Positions 55,560-64,000 of a stretch of DNA of 64,000 nucleotides are shown here, one piece after another. Every line of letters starts with the position of its first letter. Position 1 is the first letter of the stretch. Location of the stretch: contig CANQBE010000001.1 in the NCBI GenBank assembly GCA_947589515.1, forward strand, positions 3,800-67,799. Direction: 5' to 3'. Under the pieces are notes generated by a model, which made no database searches, was not told where the DNA came from, and saw only the letters and a program-made list of their open reading frames with translations. This stretch comes from an uncultured Bacilli bacterium (GTDB lineage Bacteria; Bacillota_I; Bacilli_A; RF39; UBA660). Made by a program: the position numbers and the translations under genes.

Positions 55560-57137
55560 ATGAAAGAAGTAAAAGGGAAAAATAATCAAAAAAGCAATGT
55601 TAACAAAAAGAAAAACCAGTCAACAATTGCTAAAAGAATTGCTTCTACCAAAATAGAAGAAAAAAAAGTCGAAGGACCAAACTTAAAAGAATTAGAAATG
55701 GATATCAAAGAAGATATTCTTCATAAGCCACCGCATCGTAAATTTTATCTACCTTTCTATTTTTGTTTATTTATTTTGTTAATCGTTCTTTTTATCGGTA
55801 TGCATCTTTGTGTTCCTAGTATTACTTTAAATGGTGATAATCCATTAGAAATTTCTTATCATCAATCTTATGTAGAATCTGGTGCAAAAGCTAAATGGTT
55901 AGGAAAAGATTTAACAGATCACATTAAAATTTCTGGCGTTGTAGATACTTCGAAGATAGGAACTTATACGATATCTTATTCTGTTAAGGAAGGTATCTTT
56001 GAAGTACATCAAGAACGAATTGTTTTGGTTGTAGATAAGAAGGCTCCTAGCATTGTGTTAGAAGGAGATGCCGATGTTAATATTTGTCCGAATTCTGAAT
56101 TTAAAGAAATAGGTTATCAAGCAATCGATGAATATGATGGAGATTTAACAGATAAAGTAGTGGTTCAGAAAAAAGAAGATAGTATTATTTATAGTGTAAA
56201 AGATGCATCTGGAAATCGTATTTCTGTTACTAGAAATATTCATAAAGTAGATACTACAAGTCCTACGATTACTTTAAAAGGAAATCAAACAACTTATTTA
56301 GGATTAGATGAGGCTTATCAGGAACCTGGTTATACAGCAGATGATAATTGTAATGGTGATTTAACCGATAGAGTAAAAGTAACTGGTAGTGTAACAAAAG
56401 GAAAAGAAGGTACTTATACTTTAGTATACGAAGTAGCAGATGATGCTAATAATAAAACTAAAGTAGAAAGAAAAGTAATTGTTTCTCAAAGGACAGATCC
56501 TAGTAGTGGCGTTGTAAAAAAAGGCGTTATTTATTTAACATTTGATGATGGACCAAGTAGTGTCACAACCGGAGATATTTTGAATATCTTAAAAGAAGAG
56601 GGTGTCAAAGCTACTTTCTTTGTCACGAATAGCGGACCCGATTATCTAATTAAAAGAATTTTTGACGAGGGACATACCATAGCCCTTCATACTGCTACTC
56701 ACAATTATGCAACTGTTTATAGTTCTGTTGAAAATTATTTTAATGATTTAAATACGGTTAGTAATCGTGTCAAAAGAATTACGGGACAAACTAGTAAAAT
56801 TATTCGTTTTCCAGGAGGAAGTAGTAATACGATTAGTAGAAACTATAGTGTTGGAATTATGTCTACTTTAGTCAATGAAGTATTAAGTCGAGGATATCGT
56901 TATTATGATTGGAATATCGATTCTCAAGATGCAGCTGGTGCTAATCGTGATCAAGTATATCGTAATGTAACTAGTGCGTTATCTAAAAATAAAGCCAATA
57001 TGGTATTGATGCACGATATTAAGACCGCAACTAGAGATGCCATTCGTGATATTATTCATTATGGAAAAGAAAACGGTTATACCTTCGAAAGAATCGATAT
57101 GGATACTTATATGGTAAGACAAAGAATCAATAATTAG
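55560..57137 (+). CDS. Membrane-anchored polysaccharide (peptidoglycan) deacetylase with three Ig-like repeats and a NodB domain
   Basis: Lys-rich N-terminus and a TM helix. Three repeats of about 75 aa of the form ITL.G......GY.A.D...GDLTD.V. NodB motifs TFDDGP, HTATH, RFPGG, DWNIDSQD and LMHD. Confidence 0.85.
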   Translation: MKEVKGKNNQKSNVNKKKNQSTIAKRIASTKIEEKKVEGPNLKELEMDIKEDILHKPPHRKFYLPFYFCLFILLIVLFIGMHLCVPSITLNGDNPLEISYHQSYVESGAKAKWLGKDLTDHIKISGVVDTSKIGTYTISYSVKEGIFEVHQERIVLVVDKKAPSIVLEGDADVNICPNSEFKEIGYQAIDEYDGDLTDKVVVQKKEDSIIYSVKDASGNRISVTRNIHKVDTTSPTITLKGNQTTYLGLDEAYQEPGYTADDNCNGDLTDRVKVTGSVTKGKEGTYTLVYEVADDANNKTKVERKVIVSQRTDPSSGVVKKGVIYLTFDDGPSSVTTGDILNILKEEGVKATFFVTNSGPDYLIKRIFDEGHTIALHTATHNYATVYSSVENYFNDLNTVSNRVKRITGQTSKIIRFPGGSSNTISRNYSVGIMSTLVNEVLSRGYRYYDWNIDSQDAAGANRDQVYRNVTSALSKNKANMVLMHDIKTATRDAIRDIIHYGKENGYTFERIDMDTYMVRQRINN

Positions 57138-57216
57138 ATTTTTGAAGTGAAAAAATTTGCATACATTCAGAAAATAACGTATAATACTTGCATATTTTTA
57201 AAGAGGGATGGTTGAG

Positions 57217-57984
57217 ATGTTATTATCAAAAAAAGATAAGAAAAATTTAATGAATTCTGTATTAAAACTTGCACATCTATTCAATTACCAAATAGTTGAT
57301 AGTTATATTTTAGATAGACGAAATGCAATTATTGTGATTAATAGTGATGAACCAGTTGGGTATATTATGATTCATGAAAAATTAATGCGTGGAAAATTAG
57401 AAGAAATTAATCGATGGCCTATGGATTATTATTGTTTTGGTTTTTCTATTGATGATGTTGTGGTTCCTAATTTACCTTTATTTAAAGTTCAAAATAGTAA
57501 TGGTGGTTTTGGTGCTTTATATAATTATCGAAATGGTGACTTTGTGATACCACGTAATACTTGGGATGAATTAGATTTTGGAGACGATAATAGAATTATT
57601 CAAACAGACAATGCTGTTTTGACATCATTTCAGTTAAAATCTGATTATGAAAGTGGAGATATTATCTGTTATAAAGATCCAGTTACGAATGAATACGTTA
57701 CTCATTCTTTTGTTATGAATGATCCTAATTATTATGCTCTTGTTACTTTAGATAAAAAAATTCGCGATAATGCGTTATTTAAAGGAACTAATCTTGCTAA
57801 AATTACGGAAATTATTGATTTAAATCAATATGCATCTTTAGAAGATTTTAAAAATCAAAGAATACAAGAATTAAATCAAATGAAACAAGAAAGAAAACAA
57901 AAATTTTATCAACAATTACAGGAAACGGAATCTTTCCATTGGGATACCAACACACCGAAAATTTTAAAATTAGGGCAAAAATAA
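57217..57984 (+). CDS. Hypothetical protein
   Basis: The RBS agaggg favours the ATG at 57217. One WG-like segment (GGFGALYNYRNGDFVIP). Coiled-coil-like C-terminus. Confidence 0.5.
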   Translation: MLLSKKDKKNLMNSVLKLAHLFNYQIVDSYILDRRNAIIVINSDEPVGYIMIHEKLMRGKLEEINRWPMDYYCFGFSIDDVVVPNLPLFKVQNSNGGFGALYNYRNGDFVIPRNTWDELDFGDDNRIIQTDNAVLTSFQLKSDYESGDIICYKDPVTNEYVTHSFVMNDPNYYALVTLDKKIRDNALFKGTNLAKITEIIDLNQYASLEDFKNQRIQELNQMKQERKQKFYQQLQETESFHWDTNTPKILKLGQK

Positions 57985-57992
57985 ATGATTAT

Positions 57993-58040
57993 AAAGATTC
58001 TATTTACAAAACTAAGTATGGTTTTGATAGAATCTTTTTT
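57993..58040 (+). terminator. Hairpin terminator
   Basis: Stem aaagattctat/atagaatcttt with a large loop, followed by a T-run. Confidence 0.5.
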
Positions 58041-58083
58041 CTTTTTCTTAAAAAATCATGTATAATAGTAGTTAGGTGATTTC

Positions 58084-58599
58084 ATGAAATGTTATCCAAA
58101 AATGTATCAAAAGGATATTCAAAGTATTGATTATCGAAAGTTAAAACAACTAGGAATCCAATGTTTAATTTTTGATTTAGATAATACGATTGCTTTAATT
58201 GATCAAAAGATGATTACTAACGAAGTTAGAAAATTACTCATCGATTTAAAAAAAGATTTTCAAATTGTGATTATTTCTAATAATACGAAATCTAGAGTTC
58301 AGTCTTATGCCAATTACTTAGAATGCGATTTTGTGGCAACAGCCATGAAACCCCTTGCGAAAGGCTTTCGTAAAATTCAAAAGAAATATCATTTTCAAAA
58401 AAAGGAAATGTGTATGATAGGAGATCAAATCGTAACGGATATCTATGGAGGTAACCGTTATGGATTATTTACTATTTTAGTGGATCCTTTAGGAAAAAAA
58501 GATTTAAAGATTACCAGTATTAATCGATTTATTGAAAGAAAAATTTTAAATAACTATCAAAAGAAAAATATCATGAAGAAGGGTGAATATTATGAGTAA
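58084..58599 (+). CDS. yqeG: YqeG-family HAD phosphatase
   Basis: HAD motif I IFDLDNT, ISNN and GDQIVTD. Conserved pairing with yqeH. Confidence 0.8.
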   Translation: MKCYPKMYQKDIQSIDYRKLKQLGIQCLIFDLDNTIALIDQKMITNEVRKLLIDLKKDFQIVIISNNTKSRVQSYANYLECDFVATAMKPLAKGFRKIQKKYHFQKKEMCMIGDQIVTDIYGGNRYGLFTILVDPLGKKDLKITSINRFIERKILNNYQKKNIMKKGEYYE

Positions 58600-59599
58600 A
58601 AAGAAATATTGTACCGGTTGTGGAGTATTATTACAGAATGAAAATATTACTCAACCAGGATATGTTACTAGTTTGGAAAATGACATCTGTCAAAGATGTT
58701 TTCGTATGAAAAATTATGGAGAATATCAAGTCGTTACCAAATCTAATGAAGAATATATTGAGATATTAAAAGCTGTTGGTAAAACAAAAGACTTAGTATT
58801 ACATATGGTTGATTTACTCAATTTAGATAAAGATATTTGTAGTATTAAAGAGTATTTATCCAATAAAATGATTTTGGTTTTAAATAAAAAAGATGTTTTA
58901 CCTAAAAGTGTAAAAGATGAAAAAATTTTAGACTATGTAAGGGCATTGGAAGTACCTTATGAAGATATGATTGTGATTAGTGCTAATAAAAACTATAATA
59001 TTGATTTACTTATGAAAAAAATAAAAAAATATAAAACATCGAATAAAGTTTATGTAGTGGGACATACCAATACGGGAAAAAGTAGTCTTATCAATAAATT
59101 GATTAAAAATTATTCAGAAAGTGAAAATGAACTTACTATTTCTCCACTTCCTAGTACCACATTAAATACGGTTACGATTCATTTAAATAAAGATTTAACG
59201 ATTATTGATACGCCAGGATTAGTAGATTATGGAAATATTACCAATTATTTAGATTCTAATCTTTTAAAAAAATTTATTCATAAAAAGGAAATGAAACCAA
59301 AAACTTTTCAAATTAGAAAAGGGCAATGTCTTATCATTGATTCTATTTGTAGAGTTGATTATCAAGAGGGGGATAAAAATAGTTTTACGCTATACATTCC
59401 TAATGGATTGAAAGTTAAGAAAATGAATGCTAGTAAGCAAAAAGCACTGTTGGATTTATCCAAAACTACTTATGAAATGAAATATCGTGAAGATTTAGTC
59501 ATTAACGGATTAGGTTGGATTAAGGTAGTAGAAAAGGGTACCATCGATATTTATATTGATAAAAATATTGAAACTTTTACGAGAAAGAATTTTATTTAA
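58592..59599 (+). CDS. yqeH: Ribosome biogenesis GTPase YqeH (circularly permuted)
   Basis: N-terminal zinc motif CTGCG...CQRC. NKKD (G4) comes before GHTNTGKSS (G1) and DTPG (G3). Confidence 0.85.
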   Translation: MSKKKYCTGCGVLLQNENITQPGYVTSLENDICQRCFRMKNYGEYQVVTKSNEEYIEILKAVGKTKDLVLHMVDLLNLDKDICSIKEYLSNKMILVLNKKDVLPKSVKDEKILDYVRALEVPYEDMIVISANKNYNIDLLMKKIKKYKTSNKVYVVGHTNTGKSSLINKLIKNYSESENELTISPLPSTTLNTVTIHLNKDLTIIDTPGLVDYGNITNYLDSNLLKKFIHKKEMKPKTFQIRKGQCLIIDSICRVDYQEGDKNSFTLYIPNGLKVKKMNASKQKALLDLSKTTYEMKYREDLVINGLGWIKVVEKGTIDIYIDKNIETFTRKNFI

Positions 59600-59619
59600 T
59601 AGGAATGAGTGATGTAAAT

Positions 59620-60018
59620 ATGAAAAAAATCGTAATATCAGGAAGTAGTACATTACAGGATAAAGTTAAATATTGGATTCACTATTTTCAAAATCAAGGG
59701 TATGAAATATTAGATTATCCTAAATATGTTGAATTAGACAATTATCAAGTAGAACTACCTGATATTTATCATGATTTTTATACGAATATTGAAAATACAG
59801 ATGTTTATTTTTTAATGAATGAAACCAAAAATGGAATGGATGGTTATATTGGTGCTAGTGCTTTTGCTGAGTTAACCTATGCAGTCATAGAAAATTTAAT
59901 TCATCATAAACAAATAGAAATTTATATTTTAAATATGCCTAGCGAAGAGGTTAGTAGTTATGATGAAGTAAAATTTTGGCTAGACATGGGATGGATTCAT
60001 TTATATAAGGAGAAATAA
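59620..60018 (+). CDS. Hypothetical protein; possibly nucleoside 2-deoxyribosyltransferase-like fold
   Basis: KIVISGSS start and the pattern ..TDVYFLMN....GYIGASAFAELTYA.. resemble NDT-like families. Weak call based on motifs only. Confidence 0.35.
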   Translation: MKKIVISGSSTLQDKVKYWIHYFQNQGYEILDYPKYVELDNYQVELPDIYHDFYTNIENTDVYFLMNETKNGMDGYIGASAFAELTYAVIENLIHHKQIEIYILNMPSEEVSSYDEVKFWLDMGWIHLYKEK

Positions 60019-60021
60019 AAA

Positions 60022-60645
60022 GTGGATACGATACAAAAACAAAATGAATCAAATTTATCAATCGATCAGCAAGTAGAAGTTTTAAAAGACATACTTATGC
60101 AGAATGAAAAATTAAGAAAAGTTCTTATTACATTATCTCACTCAAAATTAAAAAATTATTATGTTGCAGCTGGTTGTATTAATCAAACTGTTTTTAATTA
60201 TTATCATGATTATCCACTCGATTATGGAATAGAAGATTTTGATATTGTTTATTTTGATTATGATGTATCTTATGAAAAAGAAGATTCTATCATTCAATAC
60301 ATTCAATCGTTATTACCAGATCTCGATATTTCTTTTGATATTAAGAATGAGGCAAGAGTACATTTATGGTATGAAGAAAAATATGGCATGCCTATTCAAC
60401 CATATACTAATTTAGAGGATGCTATTAGTTGCTGGGGAACAAGTGTTACTTGTATTGGGGTAAGATTAGAAGAAGATCAATTAATCGTATGTGCTCCATA
60501 TGGCTTTCATGATCTTTTTCGTATGATCATAAGACCTATCAAAAAACAATTTACCAAAGAACCATACCAATTAAAAACCGCAAAATGGAAGAAGAAATGG
60601 CCTCTTTTAACTATTATGCCGTGGGATGATTTTGAAAGTAAATAG
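60022..60645 (+). CDS. Nucleotidyltransferase-family protein (NTP_transf_6/DUF925-like)
   Basis: GTG start 9 nt after the RBS aaggag. YVAAGCINQTVFN...EDFDIVYFD pattern. Confidence 0.45.
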   Translation: MDTIQKQNESNLSIDQQVEVLKDILMQNEKLRKVLITLSHSKLKNYYVAAGCINQTVFNYYHDYPLDYGIEDFDIVYFDYDVSYEKEDSIIQYIQSLLPDLDISFDIKNEARVHLWYEEKYGMPIQPYTNLEDAISCWGTSVTCIGVRLEEDQLIVCAPYGFHDLFRMIIRPIKKQFTKEPYQLKTAKWKKKWPLLTIMPWDDFESK

Positions 60646-60663
60646 AACCATATAAAAAAGAAT

Positions 60664-61188
60664 CTACTTGTAGACTCTTTCATAAGTTTCTTTTTCTGGA
60701 TCCCAGAAGAAGAAATTTTTAATTGGGTGAAAAGTTAAATATCCTCCAATCACAAAAATAATAGCTAGTAAAACGACGCTCATGATTTCTAATTGTTTAT
60801 ACTCTGGTTTTTCTAAAAAAGGATATGATAGATATTGACCAAATAGAATCGAAATCAATAGTAATATAAAAGTAAAAATCATGTGTTCTCCAAATCTTAG
60901 ATAAACTGGTATAAAAATCACTAAAAAGAAAGCAATCGAACTAATACTACTAATGAGACATGTTAGAAAAACATTCTCAAAATGAAATTTCCTCCTTATG
61001 AAAAATAATACGAAATGAAAGATGAAACAACAGGTAAACATCATTTTCATATGTTGAAAAATACTTTCATTCGTTGGGAAAAAGATTGCGGTGATATCAC
61101 TAGGAATGATACCAAATACAAAGTGTGCAGGAAAGTTTAAAACAAAGATGATGATACTGCTAATTAAAATATATTTAAAATTTTTCAT
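60664..61188 (-). CDS. Polytopic membrane protein of unknown function
   Basis: 174 aa with about five TM helices. Confidence 0.6.
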   Translation of the reverse strand: MKNFKYILISSIIIFVLNFPAHFVFGIIPSDITAIFFPTNESIFQHMKMMFTCCFIFHFVLFFIRRKFHFENVFLTCLISSISSIAFFLVIFIPVYLRFGEHMIFTFILLLISILFGQYLSYPFLEKPEYKQLEIMSVVLLAIIFVIGGYLTFHPIKNFFFWDPEKETYERVYK

Positions 61189-61290
61189 GATCGTAATTTA
61201 TCATACATTTGGTATAGTTTTTGTCGAAAAGTAGTGTTATAATAATTTTTGTTAAGAAATCGTGAATTTTCATGAAAAAGGAGGGTTAGG

Positions 61291-63039
61291 ATGGACAATA
61301 CTCATACGATTAATGAAATTCGTAGTAAAGTAGATATTGTAGATATTATTTCTAGCTACTTGCCTCTTACCCAGAAAGGAAAAAATTTCTTTGGGGTTTG
61401 CCCTTTTCATGATGATACCAATCCTTCGATGAGTGTTTCTCGTGAAAAACAGATTTATCGTTGTTTTTCTTGTGGAGCTAGTGGAAATGTATTTCAATTT
61501 ATTATGGATTATGAACATGTTTCCTTTAAAGAAGCTTTGCTGATCTTATCACAGAAAACAGGAATCGAAATCAAGGGATTACAAATCCAAAAGAAAAATA
61601 CCAAATATGATCGCTTTTATCAAATTTATGAACTTGCTCATAAATACTATCAAAACAATATGAATAGTAGTTATGCCAAGAAGGCTAAGGAATATCTTAC
61701 GAATCGACATATTGATGAAGCTATGATTAAAGAGTACAAGATTGGACTTAGTTTGGACAAGCCAGATGCTCTTACCAAATTATTAGTAGGACAAGGCTAT
61801 GATTATAATACTTTAAATAATATTGGTTTATCTACTTCTGATAAAGATGTTTATATCAATCGTATCATGTTTCCTTTATATGATTTAAATGGTAGAATCG
61901 TAGGATTTTCTGGAAGAAGATATGATGGGATCAAAGAAAATAAATATGTAAATACCAAAGGAACAGAAATTTTTCAAAAAGGGGAAACTTTATACAATTA
62001 CCATATTGCCCGAGAATACATTCGTAGTAAGAATCAAGTTATTGTGATGGAAGGATTTATGGCAGTTATTCGTTCTATGACGATTGGAATTAAGAATGTA
62101 GTTGCCTTAATGGGAACGGCAATGACTAAAGAACAAGCAAACCTTATTAAGCGTTTATCTAATCATGTCATTCTTTGCTTTGATGGGGATGAACCAGGAA
62201 GAAAAGCATGCTTAGATAATGGAAGTGAATTAGAAAAATTAGGGTGCCAAATATCTGTTGTTGAACTTGATAATGGCCTAGATCCTGATGATTATATTTT
62301 AAAATATGGGAAAGATTCTTTTCAAAATTTAGTGAATCATGCTATTACTTTAAGCGATTATAGAATAAAACGTTTGAAAAAGAATATAAATTTAAATAGT
62401 GATTTAGAAAAAACAGAGTATATTCATAGTGTTTTAGTAGAAACTAGTAAAATAGAAGATGAAATTCATCGAGAATTTATTCTAAAAAAACTTGCAAATG
62501 AATTCGAAATAGGTTATAATACCCTAGAAAAAAGATTATTGTCCTTAATCCATGAGAATGAAAATGAGAGAAAAAAAGTAATCGAAAAACCGTTACTAGT
62601 AAGTAAAAATGAGGATCCAAAAAAGGATAAATATAATCTCGCAACCTATGCACTTTTATACTATATGATGGTAGATCAGAAATGTTTACAGTATTATGAT
62701 GAGGGAAAAATTTATTTTCCAAATGAAGAAGAAAGATTCTTAGCCAGTGAAATTTCTTATTACTATCAAAAATATGGTATGATTACACCAGCAGATTTCT
62801 ATACCTATTTACAAGATAAAGAAAATCTTCTTACAGTACTAAATAGAGTATTAGAATTAGAACTTGATCCTAACTTAAGTGAAAAAGCCTTATTAGACTA
62901 TGTTCATACTTTGAAAGAATATCAAGTTAAAAAAGAAATCAAAAAATTAGAAAATGAAATGAAGCATGAAAATGATGTCATGCATCAAGCACAGATTGGA
63001 TTAAAAATTGCGCAACTAAAACAAGAAATAGGAAAGTAA
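61291..63039 (+). CDS. dnaG: DNA primase
   Basis: Zinc ribbon [10 protein letters not shown]...[15 protein letters not shown] motifs EGFMAV and [10 protein letters not shown] aaggagg. Confidence 0.95.
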   Translation: MDNTHTINEIRSKVDIVDIISSYLPLTQKGKNFFGVCPFHDDTNPSMSVSREKQIYRCFSCGASGNVFQFIMDYEHVSFKEALLILSQKTGIEIKGLQIQKKNTKYDRFYQIYELAHKYYQNNMNSSYAKKAKEYLTNRHIDEAMIKEYKIGLSLDKPDALTKLLVGQGYDYNTLNNIGLSTSDKDVYINRIMFPLYDLNGRIVGFSGRRYDGIKENKYVNTKGTEIFQKGETLYNYHIAREYIRSKNQVIVMEGFMAVIRSMTIGIKNVVALMGTAMTKEQANLIKRLSNHVILCFDGDEPGRKACLDNGSELEKLGCQISVVELDNGLDPDDYILKYGKDSFQNLVNHAITLSDYRIKRLKKNINLNSDLEKTEYIHSVLVETSKIEDEIHREFILKKLANEFEIGYNTLEKRLLSLIHENENERKKVIEKPLLVSKNEDPKKDKYNLATYALLYYMMVDQKCLQYYDEGKIYFPNEEERFLASEISYYYQKYGMITPADFYTYLQDKENLLTVLNRVLELELDPNLSEKALLDYVHTLKEYQVKKEIKKLENEMKHENDVMHQAQIGLKIAQLKQEIGK

Positions 63040-63056
63040 ATGGGGAGTTGACGATA

Positions 63057-64000
63057 ATGACAAAGGAAATTAAAACATTTGAAGAAAGAAAAGAAAGTTT
63101 ATTAAAATTAGGTAAGGAAAATGGTTTTATTACCTATGAACAATTAGCAGAAGAATTAAAAGGATTAGATGTTGATAGCGATTCTTTAGATGATTTATAT
63201 AATTTCTTAGTAGATAATAATATTGAAATTACTTCTGAACAAGAAGAGGATGGGGACGATAGTGAAGATGGAGGATTTGATGATTTAGAAGATTTCTCGT
63301 TCTCCAAAGATATTAAAATTAATGATCCTGTTAGAATGTATTTGAAAGAAATTGGACGTATCAATTTACTTACTTCCGATGAAGAATACGAATATGCTCT
63401 AAGAGCAGAACAAGGGGATGAATATGCTAAAAAAATGTTAGCCGAATCTAACCTTCGTTTGGTTGTTTCTATTGCGAAACGTTATGTTGGTCGTGGAATG
63501 CTATTTTTGGATTTAATCCAAGAAGGAAATATTGGCTTAATGAAAGCCGTTGATAAATATGATCCATCGAAAGGATTCAAATTTTCAACCTATGCAACTT
63601 GGTGGATTCGTCAAGCAATTACTCGTGCCATTGCTGATCAAGCTAGAACGATTCGTGTACCTGTTCATATGGTAGAAACGATTAATAAATTAGCTCGTGT
63701 TCAAAGACAATTAACACAAGAATTAAATCGTGAGCCAACAGATGAAGAAATTGCGAAAAAACTTGGTGTTAGTATTGAAAAAGTACGTGAAGTTTATAAA
63801 ATTAGTCAAGATCCAGTATCTTTGGAAACACCAATTGGAGAAGAAGATGATTCTCATTTAGGAGATTTCATTAAAGATGAAAGAACAATGTCTCCAGAAG
63901 AATATGCAACTAGTGAAATGCTAAAAGAAGAATTAAGTGGTGTATTACTTACTTTAACGGATCGTGAAGAAAGAGTATTAAGACTTCGTTTTGGTTTAGA
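63057..64000 (+). CDS. rpoD: RNA polymerase primary sigma factor RpoD/SigA, 3'-truncated by the window end
   Basis: Hand translation gives [30 protein letters not shown]..., then the region 2-4 motifs [42 protein letters not shown] and [14 protein letters not shown]. Absent from the ORF track because there is no stop codon in the window. Confidence 0.95.
   Translation, partial: MTKEIKTFEERKESLLKLGKENGFITYEQLAEELKGLDVDSDSLDDLYNFLVDNNIEITSEQEEDGDDSEDGGFDDLEDFSFSKDIKINDPVRMYLKEIGRINLLTSDEEYEYALRAEQGDEYAKKMLAESNLRLVVSIAKRYVGRGMLFLDLIQEGNIGLMKAVDKYDPSKGFKFSTYATWWIRQAITRAIADQARTIRVPVHMVETINKLARVQRQLTQELNREPTDEEIAKKLGVSIEKVREVYKISQDPVSLETPIGEEDDSHLGDFIKDERTMSPEEYATSEMLKEELSGVLLTLTDREERVLRLRFGL

Overview
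This is a very AT-rich chromosomal segment, roughly 30% GC by eye. It comes from a low-GC Gram-positive bacterium (Bacillota). A pro-sigma-K gene is present, so the organism is probably a spore former, and the gene content looks Erysipelotrichia- or Clostridia-like. Most of the window is conserved housekeeping: cdaA-cdaR; the priA-fmt-rlmN-stp-prkC-rsgA-rpe block with rpmB opposite; dnaE and polC; murI, a murF-like gene and ddl; nfo, truB and murE; sigK; mtaB; recD2; yqeG-yqeH; and dnaG with rpoD, which runs off the 3' end. There are two tRNAs, Ile-GAU and Gly-UCC. An intact IS30-family element is flanked by a 15-bp direct repeat. The strongest candidate for an undescribed system is a roughly 3.9-kb, visibly more AT-rich three-gene island at 35973-39870, next to the 3' end of tRNA-Gly. 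It encodes a Schlafen/AlbA_2 + HATPase_c_4 + wHTH protein, a fusion of an endonuclease-III-like (HhH-GPD-like) domain to a class I SAM methyltransferase, and a PD-(D/E)xK-like nuclease candidate. Two near-identical promoters drive these genes, one of them carrying three tandem 12-bp repeats. The island ends in an inverted 20-bp copy of the tRNA-Gly anticodon/T-arm. A second accessory locus at 42531-45133 holds four tandem paralogous type IV pilin-like genes with no assembly machinery in view. Smaller oddities are a MurF-like ligase with a polytopic membrane N-terminus, a Ddl with a Gly/Lys-rich loop insertion, a Tam41/Mmp37-like gene, dnaE and polC sitting together with a J-domain gene, and a tRNA-Gly with C at position 55. 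All functional calls rest on motifs read from the translations. No database search was run.
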